The position numbers were made by a program, and so were the translations under genes. DNA of 42,603 bases from a virus (taxonomy: Duplodnaviria; Caudoviricetes), in the IMG/VR virus record IMGVR_UViG_3300012940_001454, positions 1 through 42,603 of that record. The stretch is one strand, 5' to 3'. Below are positions 1-10,207 of this stretch, piece by piece (positions within the stretch are counted from its first letter, which is position 1; the number at the start of each line of letters is the position of its first letter). A model generated the notes under the pieces. It ran no database searches and was not told the origin of the DNA. It saw only the letters and a list, made by a program, of their open reading frames with translations.

Positions 1-852
1 AACGACTCCATCTGTCTGGGGGCCGAAGATGCCATCCACGCCGATGTGTCCAGCGTATGAGCGGTAGTTCAGCTTCAGCTTGCGCTGCAGCCGTTCTACG
101 TCCACGCCCTCCATCCACGGGTCGTCCAGGAAGAGGTCACGCACGGCTGGTGCCGGAGGAGGTGTGGGCGTACCACCTGACAACAGTCGATTGACTTCTG
201 CCTGAACCGCGGCGTAGTTGTAGCCCGCAGCAGTGAGTCGGTTCTGACGGTCGACGCCGTTACCCCAGTCCCCGCGAAGGACTTCCTGCGCCAGTTGTGC
301 GACAGACTTGCCATCGTTCGCCGGCGGTGTCTGACCGATCGATGACAGCCACTGGTCGTGGCTCTCGCCGCGCATCATCGACAGCCAGGCCTTCTTGGCC
401 ATCGGGTCGTTGACATAGCGACGACGGACCTCGCCATGAACGTGCCACTTGTGGTCAGGCGAGGCGTAGCCCTTGCCGCCGGTGACGAAGTCCCAACGGA
501 CCGCGTCACCCGAGCCGAGCCACCCGTTGAAGCAGTTGAAGTACTTCCGACGAGTGTCGGCCGGGTTCGCCCACACAGCCACGATGCGCTGCGACGCCAG
601 CACCATGTCCGCGGAGTTCATCGACATATCGATGGCCGCGGCCAGGTTGCGTGGCCAATCACCAGGCGGCGCCTTGTCGTCCACGCGGACCACCGAGTAG
701 TTGTTGCTCGGCTGATCCTCGATGGAGATGTGGTACCCGCCGTTGGCACGGTGGGCCTGATCGCCGACGATGCCAGAGAAGACGGCCGAGGCGTAGATGT
801 TCTCGAACTCCGCTGCGGTGTCCTTCAGATTCTGAGGAGCAAGGGTAGCCAT
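1..852 (-). CDS. Endolysin, partial (runs off left edge): M15-like Zn peptidase + CW_7 repeat + PG_binding_1-like domain
   Basis: Manually translated from ATG 852; absent from ORF track because no stop is in the window. MATLAPQNLK...GIVGDQAH...GYH...AAAIDMS...HKWHVH (peptidase); KSVAQLAQEVLRGDWGNGVDRQNRLTAAGYNYAAVQAEVNRLL (CW_7); GVDVERLQRKL...VDGIFGPQT (PG-binding). Confidence 0.88.
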   Translation of the reverse strand, partial: MATLAPQNLKDTAAEFENIYASAVFSGIVGDQAHRANGGYHISIEDQPSNNYSVVRVDDKAPPGDWPRNLAAAIDMSMNSADMVLASQRIVAVWANPADTRRKYFNCFNGWLGSGDAVRWDFVTGGKGYASPDHKWHVHGEVRRRYVNDPMAKKAWLSMMRGESHDQWLSSIGQTPPANDGKSVAQLAQEVLRGDWGNGVDRQNRLTAAGYNYAAVQAEVNRLLSGGTPTPPPAPAVRDLFLDDPWMEGVDVERLQRKLKLNYRSYAGHIGVDGIFGPQTDGVV

Positions 853-1100
853 CAGCCCTCCTCGTAGGCTCGAACATCGTAGGATCGCTCCTCGGCTGCT
901 CGGAATCGGTTATGTGTTGCGGTTGGGTCCGAGATGAGCTCGGCTGGCTCCCGAGACACGAACTCACCGCCCGTGTAGTCGTAGATCCAGGCCCGGTTGT
1001 TGGGCTTGTCGACCAGCAAGAAGCCCTTGGGACATCTCGACTGTTCGACCTTGCCATCGAGAGGTCCGCCTCGGCAGACGGCCTCGAGTAGCTCCTTCAT
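852..1100 (-). CDS. Hypothetical protein (GGPLDG motif)
   Basis: AAGGAG RBS; stop overlaps the lysin ATG. Confidence 0.7.
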   Translation of the reverse strand: MKELLEAVCRGGPLDGKVEQSRCPKGFLLVDKPNNRAWIYDYTGGEFVSREPAELISDPTATHNRFRAAEERSYDVRAYEEG

Positions 1101-1110
1101 CACTTGCTCC

Positions 1111-1362
1111 TTACTGTGCTTTGCCGATGACGACTACAGTCCTTGACTTCACGGAAGGATCGGGGCTAGTAGCGAGAGTGACCCACACTCGATCATTGAT
1201 CGCTAATCCGGCCACGAGAGTAGCGACAGGTGCAAAAGAATCATCCTCGTTATCCAGCCTGATCAGCAAGGGTGAGTCGTCCGTGACTGTTGCCCACCCT
1301 GATCGATCAGACTCCGGAGAGTCAGTGGGAATAATCATCCCTAAGTGATTCATCTTTCTCAC
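1111..1362 (-). CDS. Small minor tail protein
   Basis: GTGA overlap with upstream tail gene; ATV...PL.IRLD...DRV pattern typical of small tail-tip proteins. Confidence 0.6.
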   Translation of the reverse strand: MRKMNHLGMIIPTDSPESDRSGWATVTDDSPLLIRLDNEDDSFAPVATLVAGLAINDRVWVTLATSPDPSVKSRTVVVIGKAQ

Positions 1363-3485
1363 AGATCAACCACCTCCCGGAAAGTTGTTTGGGCCAGAGC
1401 TGCTCCGCTGAGCTCAAGGGATGTCTTAATGACTGTGTGTCGAGCGTCAATGCCTGCGGGCACACGACGGAACCTAACTGTTTGGTTCACAGTCAGCCCG
1501 GGCACGGGAGCATGATAGACCTCAATCTCCGCTGTTTGACTTGTAAGTTCTACCAGCCTTCGCAAGGTGTAAGCGTCCAAGGTGGCTTGGTCAGTCGCCT
1601 CCGCTGACTCAGCCTTCCCGATGACTCGACCTCGATTAGCGATAGAGTACGGGGAATTGGGATTGGTATTTTCCTGAGTTGATGTGAGTCCTTCTGTCGT
1701 TCCCGTTCCCATTGTGGTGATGGTAAGACGGTTAGGAATCCCCAAGATGTCTATGTCCTTCTTGAACTCAGGCTTGTAGATAGACGTAGAACCGTCGAGG
1801 AACTCATAGATGATCGGCCGCCTAGCAGGCAACACATAGGGAGCCCCGACCATCTGCCCGTCAAAGTTGGCGTACAACGAGAAGTAGTTGATAGCCGCCA
1901 ACAGGTCGTTAATGATTCGGATCTTAGGAGTAGCCGGAGGCCATACCTTCGGCACGGTGAGAGTCGCTGCACTGGGTGTGATCGCGTGGTTAGTGATTCC
2001 AGCAGACTCAATCAGGGTCACGATCTCATCTGTGATCACTGCACCGACAGGGAGGGAGTAGGTCTGGGCCACAGTATCCCCGTCCAAGATGGTAGTCTTG
2101 TCGAGGAGCTTAATCTCCCATCGATTGCCGATGCCAAAGAACTGAGGAGCTTCCGAAGGTAGGAACACACCCAACGGCTGTGGATCCAATCCCTCAATTA
2201 GCATCCATGGGCGAATACGGGCTGTCAGCCAGTTGATGTCTTGCCCAACATTCTCTACAACGAGCTGTCCAGCACCCTTGACCACCGCATTGTAGACCCA
2301 GTCCAACTTGCCCCCGACCACACCCTCTATGCGACCTATAGGGGAGTCGTTAGTGTCCAGCAGGTCCAAGTAGAACCTCGTATTGCGGTTACCAGAGAGA
2401 ATCTGTTCCCGAGTCAAGGCCCTCACTGGAATGACTCGAGAAACGGCCACACCTGAGGCTGAAATAGAAACCTCAGCGGTAAGGCTTGCACTACCCTCAC
2501 TAGCCCCAGGTATTGGCGCATCACCCGTAGCAGACACATCTAGGGCCACACCAACGTCAGCAGTTCCAACGGCCAAGGTCCGACCTGTAGCCGATATGCT
2601 AACGTCTAACGTGACAGCTGCTGAACCGCCTTCCTGCTCGAGGTCACTACCTGTCGCAGAAACATCCACACTCAGCGTGACGTCTGCAGACCCCTGAGCA
2701 GCTGCCCTGCCGCTCACGGTAAGCGAGACATCAAGGGTAACACCTGCACTACCTTGAGCCGCAGCACGACCCGTAGCGGCTACTTCTACGGTAACGTCAA
2801 GCGCCGCACTACCTTCGGAAGGCTGTACTCCCTCCCCTTCACCCATTAGGGCGCCGAGCCATGCTCCCTGCTTGTCACTAGCTGCGCATGACCCTTGAAC
2901 CGTACCAGTAGCACCTGCTGAGGCTTTACCCATATCAGCGAGCGTGGCCGCCCGTTCGCCGGTGTCCCAGCGCTCGGTGAACCCGGTCGGTGGGGTCCAG
3001 GCGCCACCGAGCCAGTTGGACGCGACCCAGATCAGCAGCGTGTCCGCGACGCTCGTCGTGATCGACACCGCGGGCGACGTGCTGACGTTGGTGTTGCCCG
3101 ACTGAGCCGTCGATACATTGAACGGCTCCGATCCGGGGTCCCACGGGACTCCGGTCGAGATCACACCATCCCAGCGGACCGCAACGGCTTTGCGGAACAC
3201 GTTGGCCGACAGCGTGAAGTTGTAGGTTCCCGTGTCGTTGCCGGTGGCGCGCTTGCCGTACACGTACAGCCGATGGGCGCCGGGGCCGCCCTGGTTGACG
3301 TTGACCGGCGCCCCTGGCGCCAGCGTGAAGCCGGTGGGGACGCCGGTGACCTGTGCCGCGCCATCGACAAAGATGATGACGGTAACGTAGGATCCGGCGA
3401 CCACGCCGGACGGCACGGCCACATTGACGCTCGACGAACTCCCTTCGAGGTCCGCGCCGGCCGCGCCGAAGGTTGGCATCACCAC
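1359..3485 (-). CDS. Minor tail protein (N-terminal beta domain + ~20-aa repeats + C-terminal tail-hub-like domain)
   Basis: 708 aa ORF in tail module; C-terminal PLGVF...LLDKT.IL...NPNSPYS..NRGR resembles siphophage hub proteins. Confidence 0.75.
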   Translation of the reverse strand: MVMPTFGAAGADLEGSSSSVNVAVPSGVVAGSYVTVIIFVDGAAQVTGVPTGFTLAPGAPVNVNQGGPGAHRLYVYGKRATGNDTGTYNFTLSANVFRKAVAVRWDGVISTGVPWDPGSEPFNVSTAQSGNTNVSTSPAVSITTSVADTLLIWVASNWLGGAWTPPTGFTERWDTGERAATLADMGKASAGATGTVQGSCAASDKQGAWLGALMGEGEGVQPSEGSAALDVTVEVAATGRAAAQGSAGVTLDVSLTVSGRAAAQGSADVTLSVDVSATGSDLEQEGGSAAVTLDVSISATGRTLAVGTADVGVALDVSATGDAPIPGASEGSASLTAEVSISASGVAVSRVIPVRALTREQILSGNRNTRFYLDLLDTNDSPIGRIEGVVGGKLDWVYNAVVKGAGQLVVENVGQDINWLTARIRPWMLIEGLDPQPLGVFLPSEAPQFFGIGNRWEIKLLDKTTILDGDTVAQTYSLPVGAVITDEIVTLIESAGITNHAITPSAATLTVPKVWPPATPKIRIINDLLAAINYFSLYANFDGQMVGAPYVLPARRPIIYEFLDGSTSIYKPEFKKDIDILGIPNRLTITTMGTGTTEGLTSTQENTNPNSPYSIANRGRVIGKAESAEATDQATLDAYTLRRLVELTSQTAEIEVYHAPVPGLTVNQTVRFRRVPAGIDARHTVIKTSLELSGAALAQTTFREVVDL
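2440..2820 (-). repeat. About six degenerate ~20-aa repeats (GSA.VTL.V.VSATG) within the minor tail protein
   Basis: GSAALDVTVEVAATG / GSAGVTLDVSLTVSG / GSADVTLSVDVSATG / GSAAVTLDVSISATG / GTADVGVALDVSATG / GSASLTAEVSISASG. Confidence 0.7.
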
Positions 3486-3498
3486 GGCTTAACCCCAA

Positions 3499-3837
3499 TC
3501 AGGTGCCAGTAGCAGTGATCGTGAGAGCAGTGATCTCATAAGCTCCCTCACCGTTAAAGGCCTGATCTCCGGTCAATGACTCAAAGCCGTAGAACGTACC
3601 GGCCACCGACGCACTGTAGAACAGTACGTGAGTAGCACCCGCAGCCGGCGTTCCAGTGAAGGCAAGCGGGACGTTGGTGACTGTGATCACACCACCGGAG
3701 GGTGCGCCGAGGGTCAGCTGGATCCGGCCTGTCGACGTCTGGTCGCCGGTCAACGGACCATCGCCGATTGCCGCATAGAACACGGCCTCGTTGCCGTCGT
3801 TGAGCAAGGCATCCAGCCCTGCACTGTTAAGAGCCAT
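3499..3837 (-). CDS. Small virion/tail protein
   Basis: 112 aa, Gly/Ala/Thr-rich; GGAGG RBS; lies between minor tail genes. Confidence 0.7.
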   Translation of the reverse strand: MALNSAGLDALLNDGNEAVFYAAIGDGPLTGDQTSTGRIQLTLGAPSGGVITVTNVPLAFTGTPAAGATHVLFYSASVAGTFYGFESLTGDQAFNGEGAYEITALTITATGT

Positions 3838-3840
3838 GGC

Positions 3841-6165
3841 TCATCCTCCCACGTTTTCGTCGTAGTCCACTCGCGTCAAAGTGAACGCGACAGGGAATAG
3901 AACAGAGTCGGTGTTATAGTTCACCGACACTGGGCTAATGCTGGCGAACATCCTTCGCCCGGTGTAGTCTCGCCACAGAACGATACCGGTCGTCTCGCCC
4001 ATGTCCTCAAGCTCTTGTGGTGTGGACGAAGACCCGTACAGGGTAGCGACTACTTCGTACTGTCTGCTTGTCTCCTCTCCTGACAACTCGACAGGCTTTT
4101 CTCGCCCGGCGAAGTGGTTAACGGACTTGTTTCTTCCGGTTGTTGACCGCCCCGCTAAACGAGCCCTCATCCTGAGCGTATCGGCAAAGTTCCCGGCAAA
4201 ACTACTCAAGAAACCCCAGCGTCGTTCTGATGTCTCATTAGAGACCTCATCGCTGATCGCACTTGAAGGAACAGCTGACCGAACGATAGCTCGGTAGTTA
4301 TTGACCCCGTTTACTGTCGGCATGGTGTCTACGAGAATGGCTGTTAGCGTATCGACGGACAGAACGATCCCGGTAGCCCAAGTTACCCATTCCCCGCCGT
4401 CAATCTGACGCTGTAGATCCACCGTATCGATCGGCTCCGTGATGCCTCCCTCAGCCGAAGAACCAGTGATGGTGATAATCATCTGACCCAGGTCAGAGTC
4501 ATACGACGCGGTAAGCGTTACATTTGCTGGGGGTAGGTAGGTGACCGTAAACTCTTGAAGGTCCGTACCAGCATCGATCGACTCGAGTCCTGACGCTGAC
4601 GTGACGTACACACGAACGCCATACGTCTCACCATCCAGCAGCGTAGTACTGAAGGTAACTTGGTTAGTTGTTCCTGACCCTGCCTCCTCACCAACCAGAG
4701 TGGCATCACTGAAGTCGGGCAATGCTCCCTTCAGATACAGAAACGCATGCCAGGCCGTCTGAGCCGACGACTGAGCCTGGAAGTACGTCCACTCGGCCGT
4801 CAGGGTTGACTGAGTATGGGTAGACCCCGCCGGCACCGAGATAACAGACGTCGGACGATCCTGAGTCGTGAAAGACGACTCTGCCGAGTACGCACCGATG
4901 GTGCCGTTCTCACCGGCTGTGGCTACACGCCAAGTGATGGTGTTGCCATTGGCCAACGTTGCCGCAGGCAGTGTGAACGAAGACACGGTGCTATCTGTTG
5001 GACCGACGGTCGTGTATTCACCTGCGCCCACCTTGTACTGCAACTGATACTTGCTCTGAGGCGTAGAGTCAGTGGGGTTGTGAGTCCACGTGAAGACAAT
5101 ATCCTCGGTAGCATCCAAGGTAGAGCCCGAAGGACTTAACCCCGTTGGTGCTGCGGCCGTAGACAGCAGAGTGATGAGGGCCGATTCATTGGAGAACGCC
5201 GAGAACAGCGAGGAGTCCAACTTGTTAGTCAGAGCTTTGTATCGATGTGTAACGGCCGGGTTGGGAGAGACATGATCCCAAGTTGTAGCGCCAGCCGTCA
5301 TCGAATTGACGTAGGCGTATGCGCCTCCGTCTTGGCTCTCGTAGATGTCAGTTTGGTACTCGGTGTAGTTAACGTTGTTGGTCCACGCCACACGGATGTT
5401 GCCGCCAGCCAGCTTAGTAGCCGACAGCGCGGTTGGAGCGCCTGGGGTCGTCCAGACCGCGCTGGAGACACCGGACTGCGCCGAACCGGCGGCATTTATC
5501 GCCTCCACCTTGTACGTATACTTGTGGTTCGCGCTGGTGGTGTTATCGCTGTAGGTCGTAACCACGCCAAGCGTTGCGATGAGTGCGAACCCCGCACCAT
5601 CCGTACTGCGGTACACCTTAACGTTCGAGTAGGCGGTGAACGTCCCGGAGTTGTTGGTCCAGCTGAGGTTGATCTGTCCGTCGTTGACCCTGGTAGCAGT
5701 CGGAGTCCCCGGCGCTGTAGGGGGGCGAATGATGTTGGGCAGAACGATGTCGTGGTTAGTGATGTTGGAGGTGTATAGCCCGGAGCTGAAGGACATAGCC
5801 GCGTTGAGGCGGATAGTTCCTTGGCCGTTGCTGTTGTGAAAGATGCGGACCGTGCCATCCCAGAAGTAGTGGATCTGTCCACCATAACCGGGATCCGATG
5901 TGTTGATGGTGGGAGCGGAGGAGGTTCCGGTTCCGAAACCTCCAACGCCCGACACACTTGCACCTGTAGCAACGGACCACGCCACGGAACGGTTGGAGAT
6001 GTTGTTCCACCAGTTCGGATCGCCGTAGTCAACACCATACTGCCAGTAAATGTCGGTGTAGTTCCCGGCGATACTCTGCCCGACAACTGTGTAGTTCACG
6101 AGAACACGGTGGCCATCCGACCCTGACGTGCCACCGAACCGTGAGTTACCAAAGACCAATGTCAC
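3841..6165 (-). CDS. Minor tail protein with fibronectin type III domains
   Basis: Follows tape measure gene; PTAPGTPTA...LSWTNN...VYRS...YKVEAINAAG Fn3 repeats. Confidence 0.8.
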   Translation of the reverse strand: MTLVFGNSRFGGTSGSDGHRVLVNYTVVGQSIAGNYTDIYWQYGVDYGDPNWWNNISNRSVAWSVATGASVSGVGGFGTGTSSAPTINTSDPGYGGQIHYFWDGTVRIFHNSNGQGTIRLNAAMSFSSGLYTSNITNHDIVLPNIIRPPTAPGTPTATRVNDGQINLSWTNNSGTFTAYSNVKVYRSTDGAGFALIATLGVVTTYSDNTTSANHKYTYKVEAINAAGSAQSGVSSAVWTTPGAPTALSATKLAGGNIRVAWTNNVNYTEYQTDIYESQDGGAYAYVNSMTAGATTWDHVSPNPAVTHRYKALTNKLDSSLFSAFSNESALITLLSTAAAPTGLSPSGSTLDATEDIVFTWTHNPTDSTPQSKYQLQYKVGAGEYTTVGPTDSTVSSFTLPAATLANGNTITWRVATAGENGTIGAYSAESSFTTQDRPTSVISVPAGSTHTQSTLTAEWTYFQAQSSAQTAWHAFLYLKGALPDFSDATLVGEEAGSGTTNQVTFSTTLLDGETYGVRVYVTSASGLESIDAGTDLQEFTVTYLPPANVTLTASYDSDLGQMIITITGSSAEGGITEPIDTVDLQRQIDGGEWVTWATGIVLSVDTLTAILVDTMPTVNGVNNYRAIVRSAVPSSAISDEVSNETSERRWGFLSSFAGNFADTLRMRARLAGRSTTGRNKSVNHFAGREKPVELSGEETSRQYEVVATLYGSSSTPQELEDMGETTGIVLWRDYTGRRMFASISPVSVNYNTDSVLFPVAFTLTRVDYDENVGG

Positions 6166-9100
6166 GCCGTGGTCACCTCCAGACTCCTCCGACTATTGTT
6201 GCGCAAGTTGTCAATCCACTCCCACAGCTCTTCCAGGTCCTTAACCGACTCCAGATCCTCGAGCCTAACGTGGATGTGGACATCGCCGTAGGTAGATGTA
6301 GTGGTAATCGTACCACCTCCACCCGCAGCTGTTGATACGCCAGACGCGAACATCTGTCCGGCAGTAACAGCAGCGGAGTGGTCCGTCGGCAGAAGGGCCG
6401 CAATATCAGTCAACGATCGCTGAGCCGTGTCATTGACCACACCTGCACGGTCTGACATGCCCTCAGCGAAGCCCTCCATGATGGCTCGGCCAGAGTAGAG
6501 AACCCAGCCCTTGCCCGAGAAAGGACCACGCTTCGCAGGAGAGAATGGCCACAGGTCACGAAGCCCGGACAGACCATCTTCGACCCAGCCGACCATGTTG
6601 TCCCAGATCCGCTTCATGCCATCCCAGAAGCCCTGGATCAAGGCCTTGCCGGACTCGAACAGATACGAACCAAGATCGCCGAGGGCAGACAAGATCCTAC
6701 CCGGAAGCTCCTTAACCCACGTGATAAGTTCCTGAAGCTTCTGGATTGCTGCGTCCTTGGCCTGCTGGAACTTCTCACGAATCTTGGTAACGAACTCCGT
6801 AAAGTTGTTGATGATCCCAACGATACGGTCTCGAGCGCTGGTGAAGAAGCCAACGATCGCATCCCACACGCCTGAGATGAAGTTCTTAACTTCCTCCATC
6901 CGCTGTGAGATCCAGTCCTTCACAGCATTGAAGGCGTTAACGATGGGCGTTACCACCCACTCGTAGATCTTGTCCCAGATGCCGACGATGATATCCCACG
7001 CACCACGTAGAATGCCCAGGATGACATCCCACGCTGCTTGCAGGAAGTTCCAAATGGCCGTAAAGGCTAGGACCACAGGCTGGATGAGGTAGGTCCAGAC
7101 GAAGTCCCACAGAGCCTTCATGCCCGTCCACCACAGCTGGAAGATCCCACTGATGATGGAAAAGGCCAAGGAGATGATATCGACGATCAGGTCAAAGACC
7201 GCCTTTGTCACCGGCCACAGGAAGTTCCATACGGCTAGGAAGGCATCGATGAAGACCTTTACGACCTTCCAGATCTGCTCGAAGACCCATTTGCCAGCGA
7301 CGTAGATAGCGTAGAACGGCGCAATGACCGCGATTGCTACCCACTTGCCAATGGTCTTCAGGATCTCGATGAAGTCCTTAAATCCCTCAATCAGCTTCGG
7401 GATAAAGCTGATGACACCAGCTATGGCATCGATGATGAAGGAGAAGACCGGACCGAGAACATTGAGCAAGATCGGGATGATGAATCCCAGGGCTTTGCCC
7501 AACACGTTGATGATGACCTTGGCTACGTTCAGCAAGATCTTCCACCAACTGATGATGTATGGCATGACCTTAGAGATCGCGTCGCGCATCTTGTCAACCG
7601 CGGGAATTACCCGCTGCTGCATGAAGTCGCCGATGGCCCGGAAGGCCGGAGCCAGATTGTTCGCCAAGTTCTGCGCGATCTCGCGAACCGCGGGGATCAG
7701 GTCATCCTTGATGAAGTTAACTACCGGTGTGACCACGGCCATTATCAGGCCGAAGACACGCTTGAAGTACTCCCCGATAGCTCCAATCAGATCCCGGAAC
7801 TCCTGGCTACGGTCATAAGCCAGCTTGATCGCCACAGCGATAGCCACAATGGCTGCGACCACACCCGCGATGATGGCCGCGATCTTCAAAGCTGCAATGG
7901 ATGCGACCACACCAGCCACAGCAGCGCCGACAGCGGCGATAGCAGCGACGACGCCTAGCATGGCCGTAACAGCTACCGCGCCAAAGGCAATCAGCCTCTG
8001 CCACTTAGGATCCAGCGCAGAGAATCGGTTCACCAGCTCACTGATGATCTCGGTTACCTTGCGAATCACCGGCAGCAGAGCTGTGCCTAACTGAATGGCC
8101 GCCGTCTCCACGGAGCCCTTCAGCTGCTCAATAGCACCCGCCACGTTGTTAAGGCGAGCTGCGGCGACTTCCTGAGCAGAGACATTGCCTATGGCGTCGG
8201 CCATGGCCTGGAAGCCTTCGGCACCTTCCCCCGCGATCACTGCAGCCGCGCGAATGGCGTCCGCACCGAAGATGGTTTCCAACGCCATAGTCTTCTGGGC
8301 GTCGGTCATCCCGTCCAACGCGCCATTCAGAATCTCGGCGACCTCAGCCAGAGACTTCAGCTCTCCTCGCTGATTGAAGAACTGGTTAGTGCCGTCCTCA
8401 GTAAGGATGCCCAGCTCCTTCATCAGGGTGATCTGACGCTCCGTCGTCGGCTGCAAGTTCTGCAGCATCGTCTTCAGAGATGTACCTGCGTCACTACCCT
8501 TGATGCCCTGGTTACCCATGAGGGCAATGGCAACAGCGAGGTCGTCGAAGTTCACACCCACGAGGTTGGCGACGGCACCTGCCTGACTAAGCGCGAAGCC
8601 GAACTCCCCGACATCGATGGCCGAAGCGTTAGCAGCACCAGCAATCAGGTCCGCGATATGCGGGAGGTCCTGGGCCGCCAGCTGGAACTGATTCATCGCG
8701 TTGGACGCGATGGCAGCCGCCTCAGGGAGGGACACCTCACCCGCCGCAGCAAGAGCCACGGTAGCATCCGCAGCGCCGTTCATCACATCTTCCACGGAGA
8801 GGCCGGCCTTAACCAGCTCTTCCATGGCAAGGGCAGCCTCAGAGGCAGAGAACGAGGTGTCTGCGCCGAGCTGAAGGGCCTTCTGACGAAGGACCTCCAT
8901 CTGCTCTGCTGATGCACCAGACACGGCTCCGATAGCGGAGATCCGCTTCTCGAAGTCAATGGCAGCGTTGACGGCGAGCCCGATGCCCGCCGCCAACGCC
9001 GTGGCTGCAATTCCTGTAGTCTGAGCTACCTGAGAAAAGTTCGCTGAATGGTGAGCAGCCCTGTCAAGGCTGCTGCCGACTCCATCGATAGAGTCGCCCA

Positions 9101-9248
9101 TGGCGACGAAACGACCACGGGCATCTCGGAGTCGACCGTTTGCATCCCGGGAGAATTGCTCTACAGCCTTGTTTGCTTGAGTGACGCCCTTACCGTCATA
9201 GACGAGCTTAACCGTCCCTTGAGCGGTCCCCAGGGTGTAATCGGCCAT
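6162..9248 (-). CDS. Tape measure protein
   Basis: 1028 aa; TP901-type core (ALQLGADTSFSASEAA...GIKGSDAGTSLKTM); W/F-periodic helical repeats; C-terminal PFSPAKRGPFSG; GGAGG RBS. Confidence 0.95.
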   Translation of the reverse strand: MADYTLGTAQGTVKLVYDGKGVTQANKAVEQFSRDANGRLRDARGRFVAMGDSIDGVGSSLDRAAHHSANFSQVAQTTGIAATALAAGIGLAVNAAIDFEKRISAIGAVSGASAEQMEVLRQKALQLGADTSFSASEAALAMEELVKAGLSVEDVMNGAADATVALAAAGEVSLPEAAAIASNAMNQFQLAAQDLPHIADLIAGAANASAIDVGEFGFALSQAGAVANLVGVNFDDLAVAIALMGNQGIKGSDAGTSLKTMLQNLQPTTERQITLMKELGILTEDGTNQFFNQRGELKSLAEVAEILNGALDGMTDAQKTMALETIFGADAIRAAAVIAGEGAEGFQAMADAIGNVSAQEVAAARLNNVAGAIEQLKGSVETAAIQLGTALLPVIRKVTEIISELVNRFSALDPKWQRLIAFGAVAVTAMLGVVAAIAAVGAAVAGVVASIAALKIAAIIAGVVAAIVAIAVAIKLAYDRSQEFRDLIGAIGEYFKRVFGLIMAVVTPVVNFIKDDLIPAVREIAQNLANNLAPAFRAIGDFMQQRVIPAVDKMRDAISKVMPYIISWWKILLNVAKVIINVLGKALGFIIPILLNVLGPVFSFIIDAIAGVISFIPKLIEGFKDFIEILKTIGKWVAIAVIAPFYAIYVAGKWVFEQIWKVVKVFIDAFLAVWNFLWPVTKAVFDLIVDIISLAFSIISGIFQLWWTGMKALWDFVWTYLIQPVVLAFTAIWNFLQAAWDVILGILRGAWDIIVGIWDKIYEWVVTPIVNAFNAVKDWISQRMEEVKNFISGVWDAIVGFFTSARDRIVGIINNFTEFVTKIREKFQQAKDAAIQKLQELITWVKELPGRILSALGDLGSYLFESGKALIQGFWDGMKRIWDNMVGWVEDGLSGLRDLWPFSPAKRGPFSGKGWVLYSGRAIMEGFAEGMSDRAGVVNDTAQRSLTDIAALLPTDHSAAVTAGQMFASGVSTAAGGGGTITTTSTYGDVHIHVRLEDLESVKDLEELWEWIDNLRNNSRRSLEVTTA

Positions 9249-9347
9249 GTTGACAAGTCACCTCCTGGGGGCTCATTTGAGGCCTATAGAACGTCCGTAC
9301 AGCGACTTTCAGGTCGTGCGCGTATGTCACGACATGCACGCGCACTC

Positions 9348-9686
9348 TCAACGCGCCGGCGGCGGGACCACCGTCCTGGTCGGTATCTCTACACCAGGTC
9401 TCCCCATGCCGGCGGGATCCCTGAACTGTCGAGGACCGCCAACCCAACGGTTGAGTACTTGCTGTCTTGCCATGTTGATTTGGGCCTGGGTCCGTTTGCT
9501 CTTTCCCTTGCCCTGCTGACTGACACGTTCCAGCTCGGCCTCGACAGCCTTGCCGAAGGTAAACACCGCCCGATCAAAGTAATAGGCGGTTAGTTCGTCC
9601 TCGATGTGAAGGAGCTCACTCGGCCGGCAGTGAAAGGTCTTGGACTGTTGCCATGCCACCCAGCATGCCTGAGAACTCCTTACGAA
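9348..9686 (-). CDS. Tail assembly chaperone, second (frameshift) segment
   Basis: Overlaps the first chaperone ORF in the +1 frame, directly upstream of the tape measure gene. Confidence 0.7.
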   Translation of the reverse strand, partial: FVRSSQACWVAWQQSKTFHCRPSELLHIEDELTAYYFDRAVFTFGKAVEAELERVSQQGKGKSKRTQAQINMARQQVLNRWVGGPRQFRDPAGMGRPGVEIPTRTVVPPPAR

Positions 9687-10182
9687 AGGTCTCGAGATCG
9701 GCGGAACCCCCGACCGCCCACTGCATGATGAAGAGCTTATCCTCGAGCTCGATCACACGCACTGCCAGGCGGTCGCCTTCCTCTTTCTGCCGCTTGGCCC
9801 AGTCGTCATCGCTCTCGTTGGTGAGCTGGTAGTCGACCCACACCGGCGGTTGTGTGATCGCGTAGGCCACCAGGCGGTCGATCATCTGGAGGCTCGTGGC
9901 TAGCTTCTCCGGGTCAGCCATAAGCTGTCCCGCGGCAGCCTGAGTCTGTTCCTCAGAAACCTTGGCCGCACGAGCCATACCCTGAGGACGGTTCTTGTTG
10001 ATGTGCTCCGTCTGCACAAGCGAGGTGAGCTGGTCGAAGTTGTCCAGCACGCCCGCGGCGATGAAGCCCTGGACCCCCGGACGCCGTGCCTGGCAGGTGG
10101 CGCCCGAAGGTAGCTCCAGGTCGATCAGGTGACTTGCAGCGGCTTTGGTACCGAGCGTGTAGTTCTTGGTCTTGGGTGGCAT
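9616..10182 (-). CDS. Tail assembly chaperone
   Basis: Position between major tail and tape measure genes; AAGGAG RBS before ATG 10182; LELPSG...RRPG. Confidence 0.8.
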   Translation of the reverse strand: MPPKTKNYTLGTKAAASHLIDLELPSGATCQARRPGVQGFIAAGVLDNFDQLTSLVQTEHINKNRPQGMARAAKVSEEQTQAAAGQLMADPEKLATSLQMIDRLVAYAITQPPVWVDYQLTNESDDDWAKRQKEEGDRLAVRVIELEDKLFIMQWAVGGSADLETFRKEFSGMLGGMATVQDLSLPAE

Positions 10183-10207
10183 CCTTGTGCTCCTTGTCAA
10201 GAAGAGA

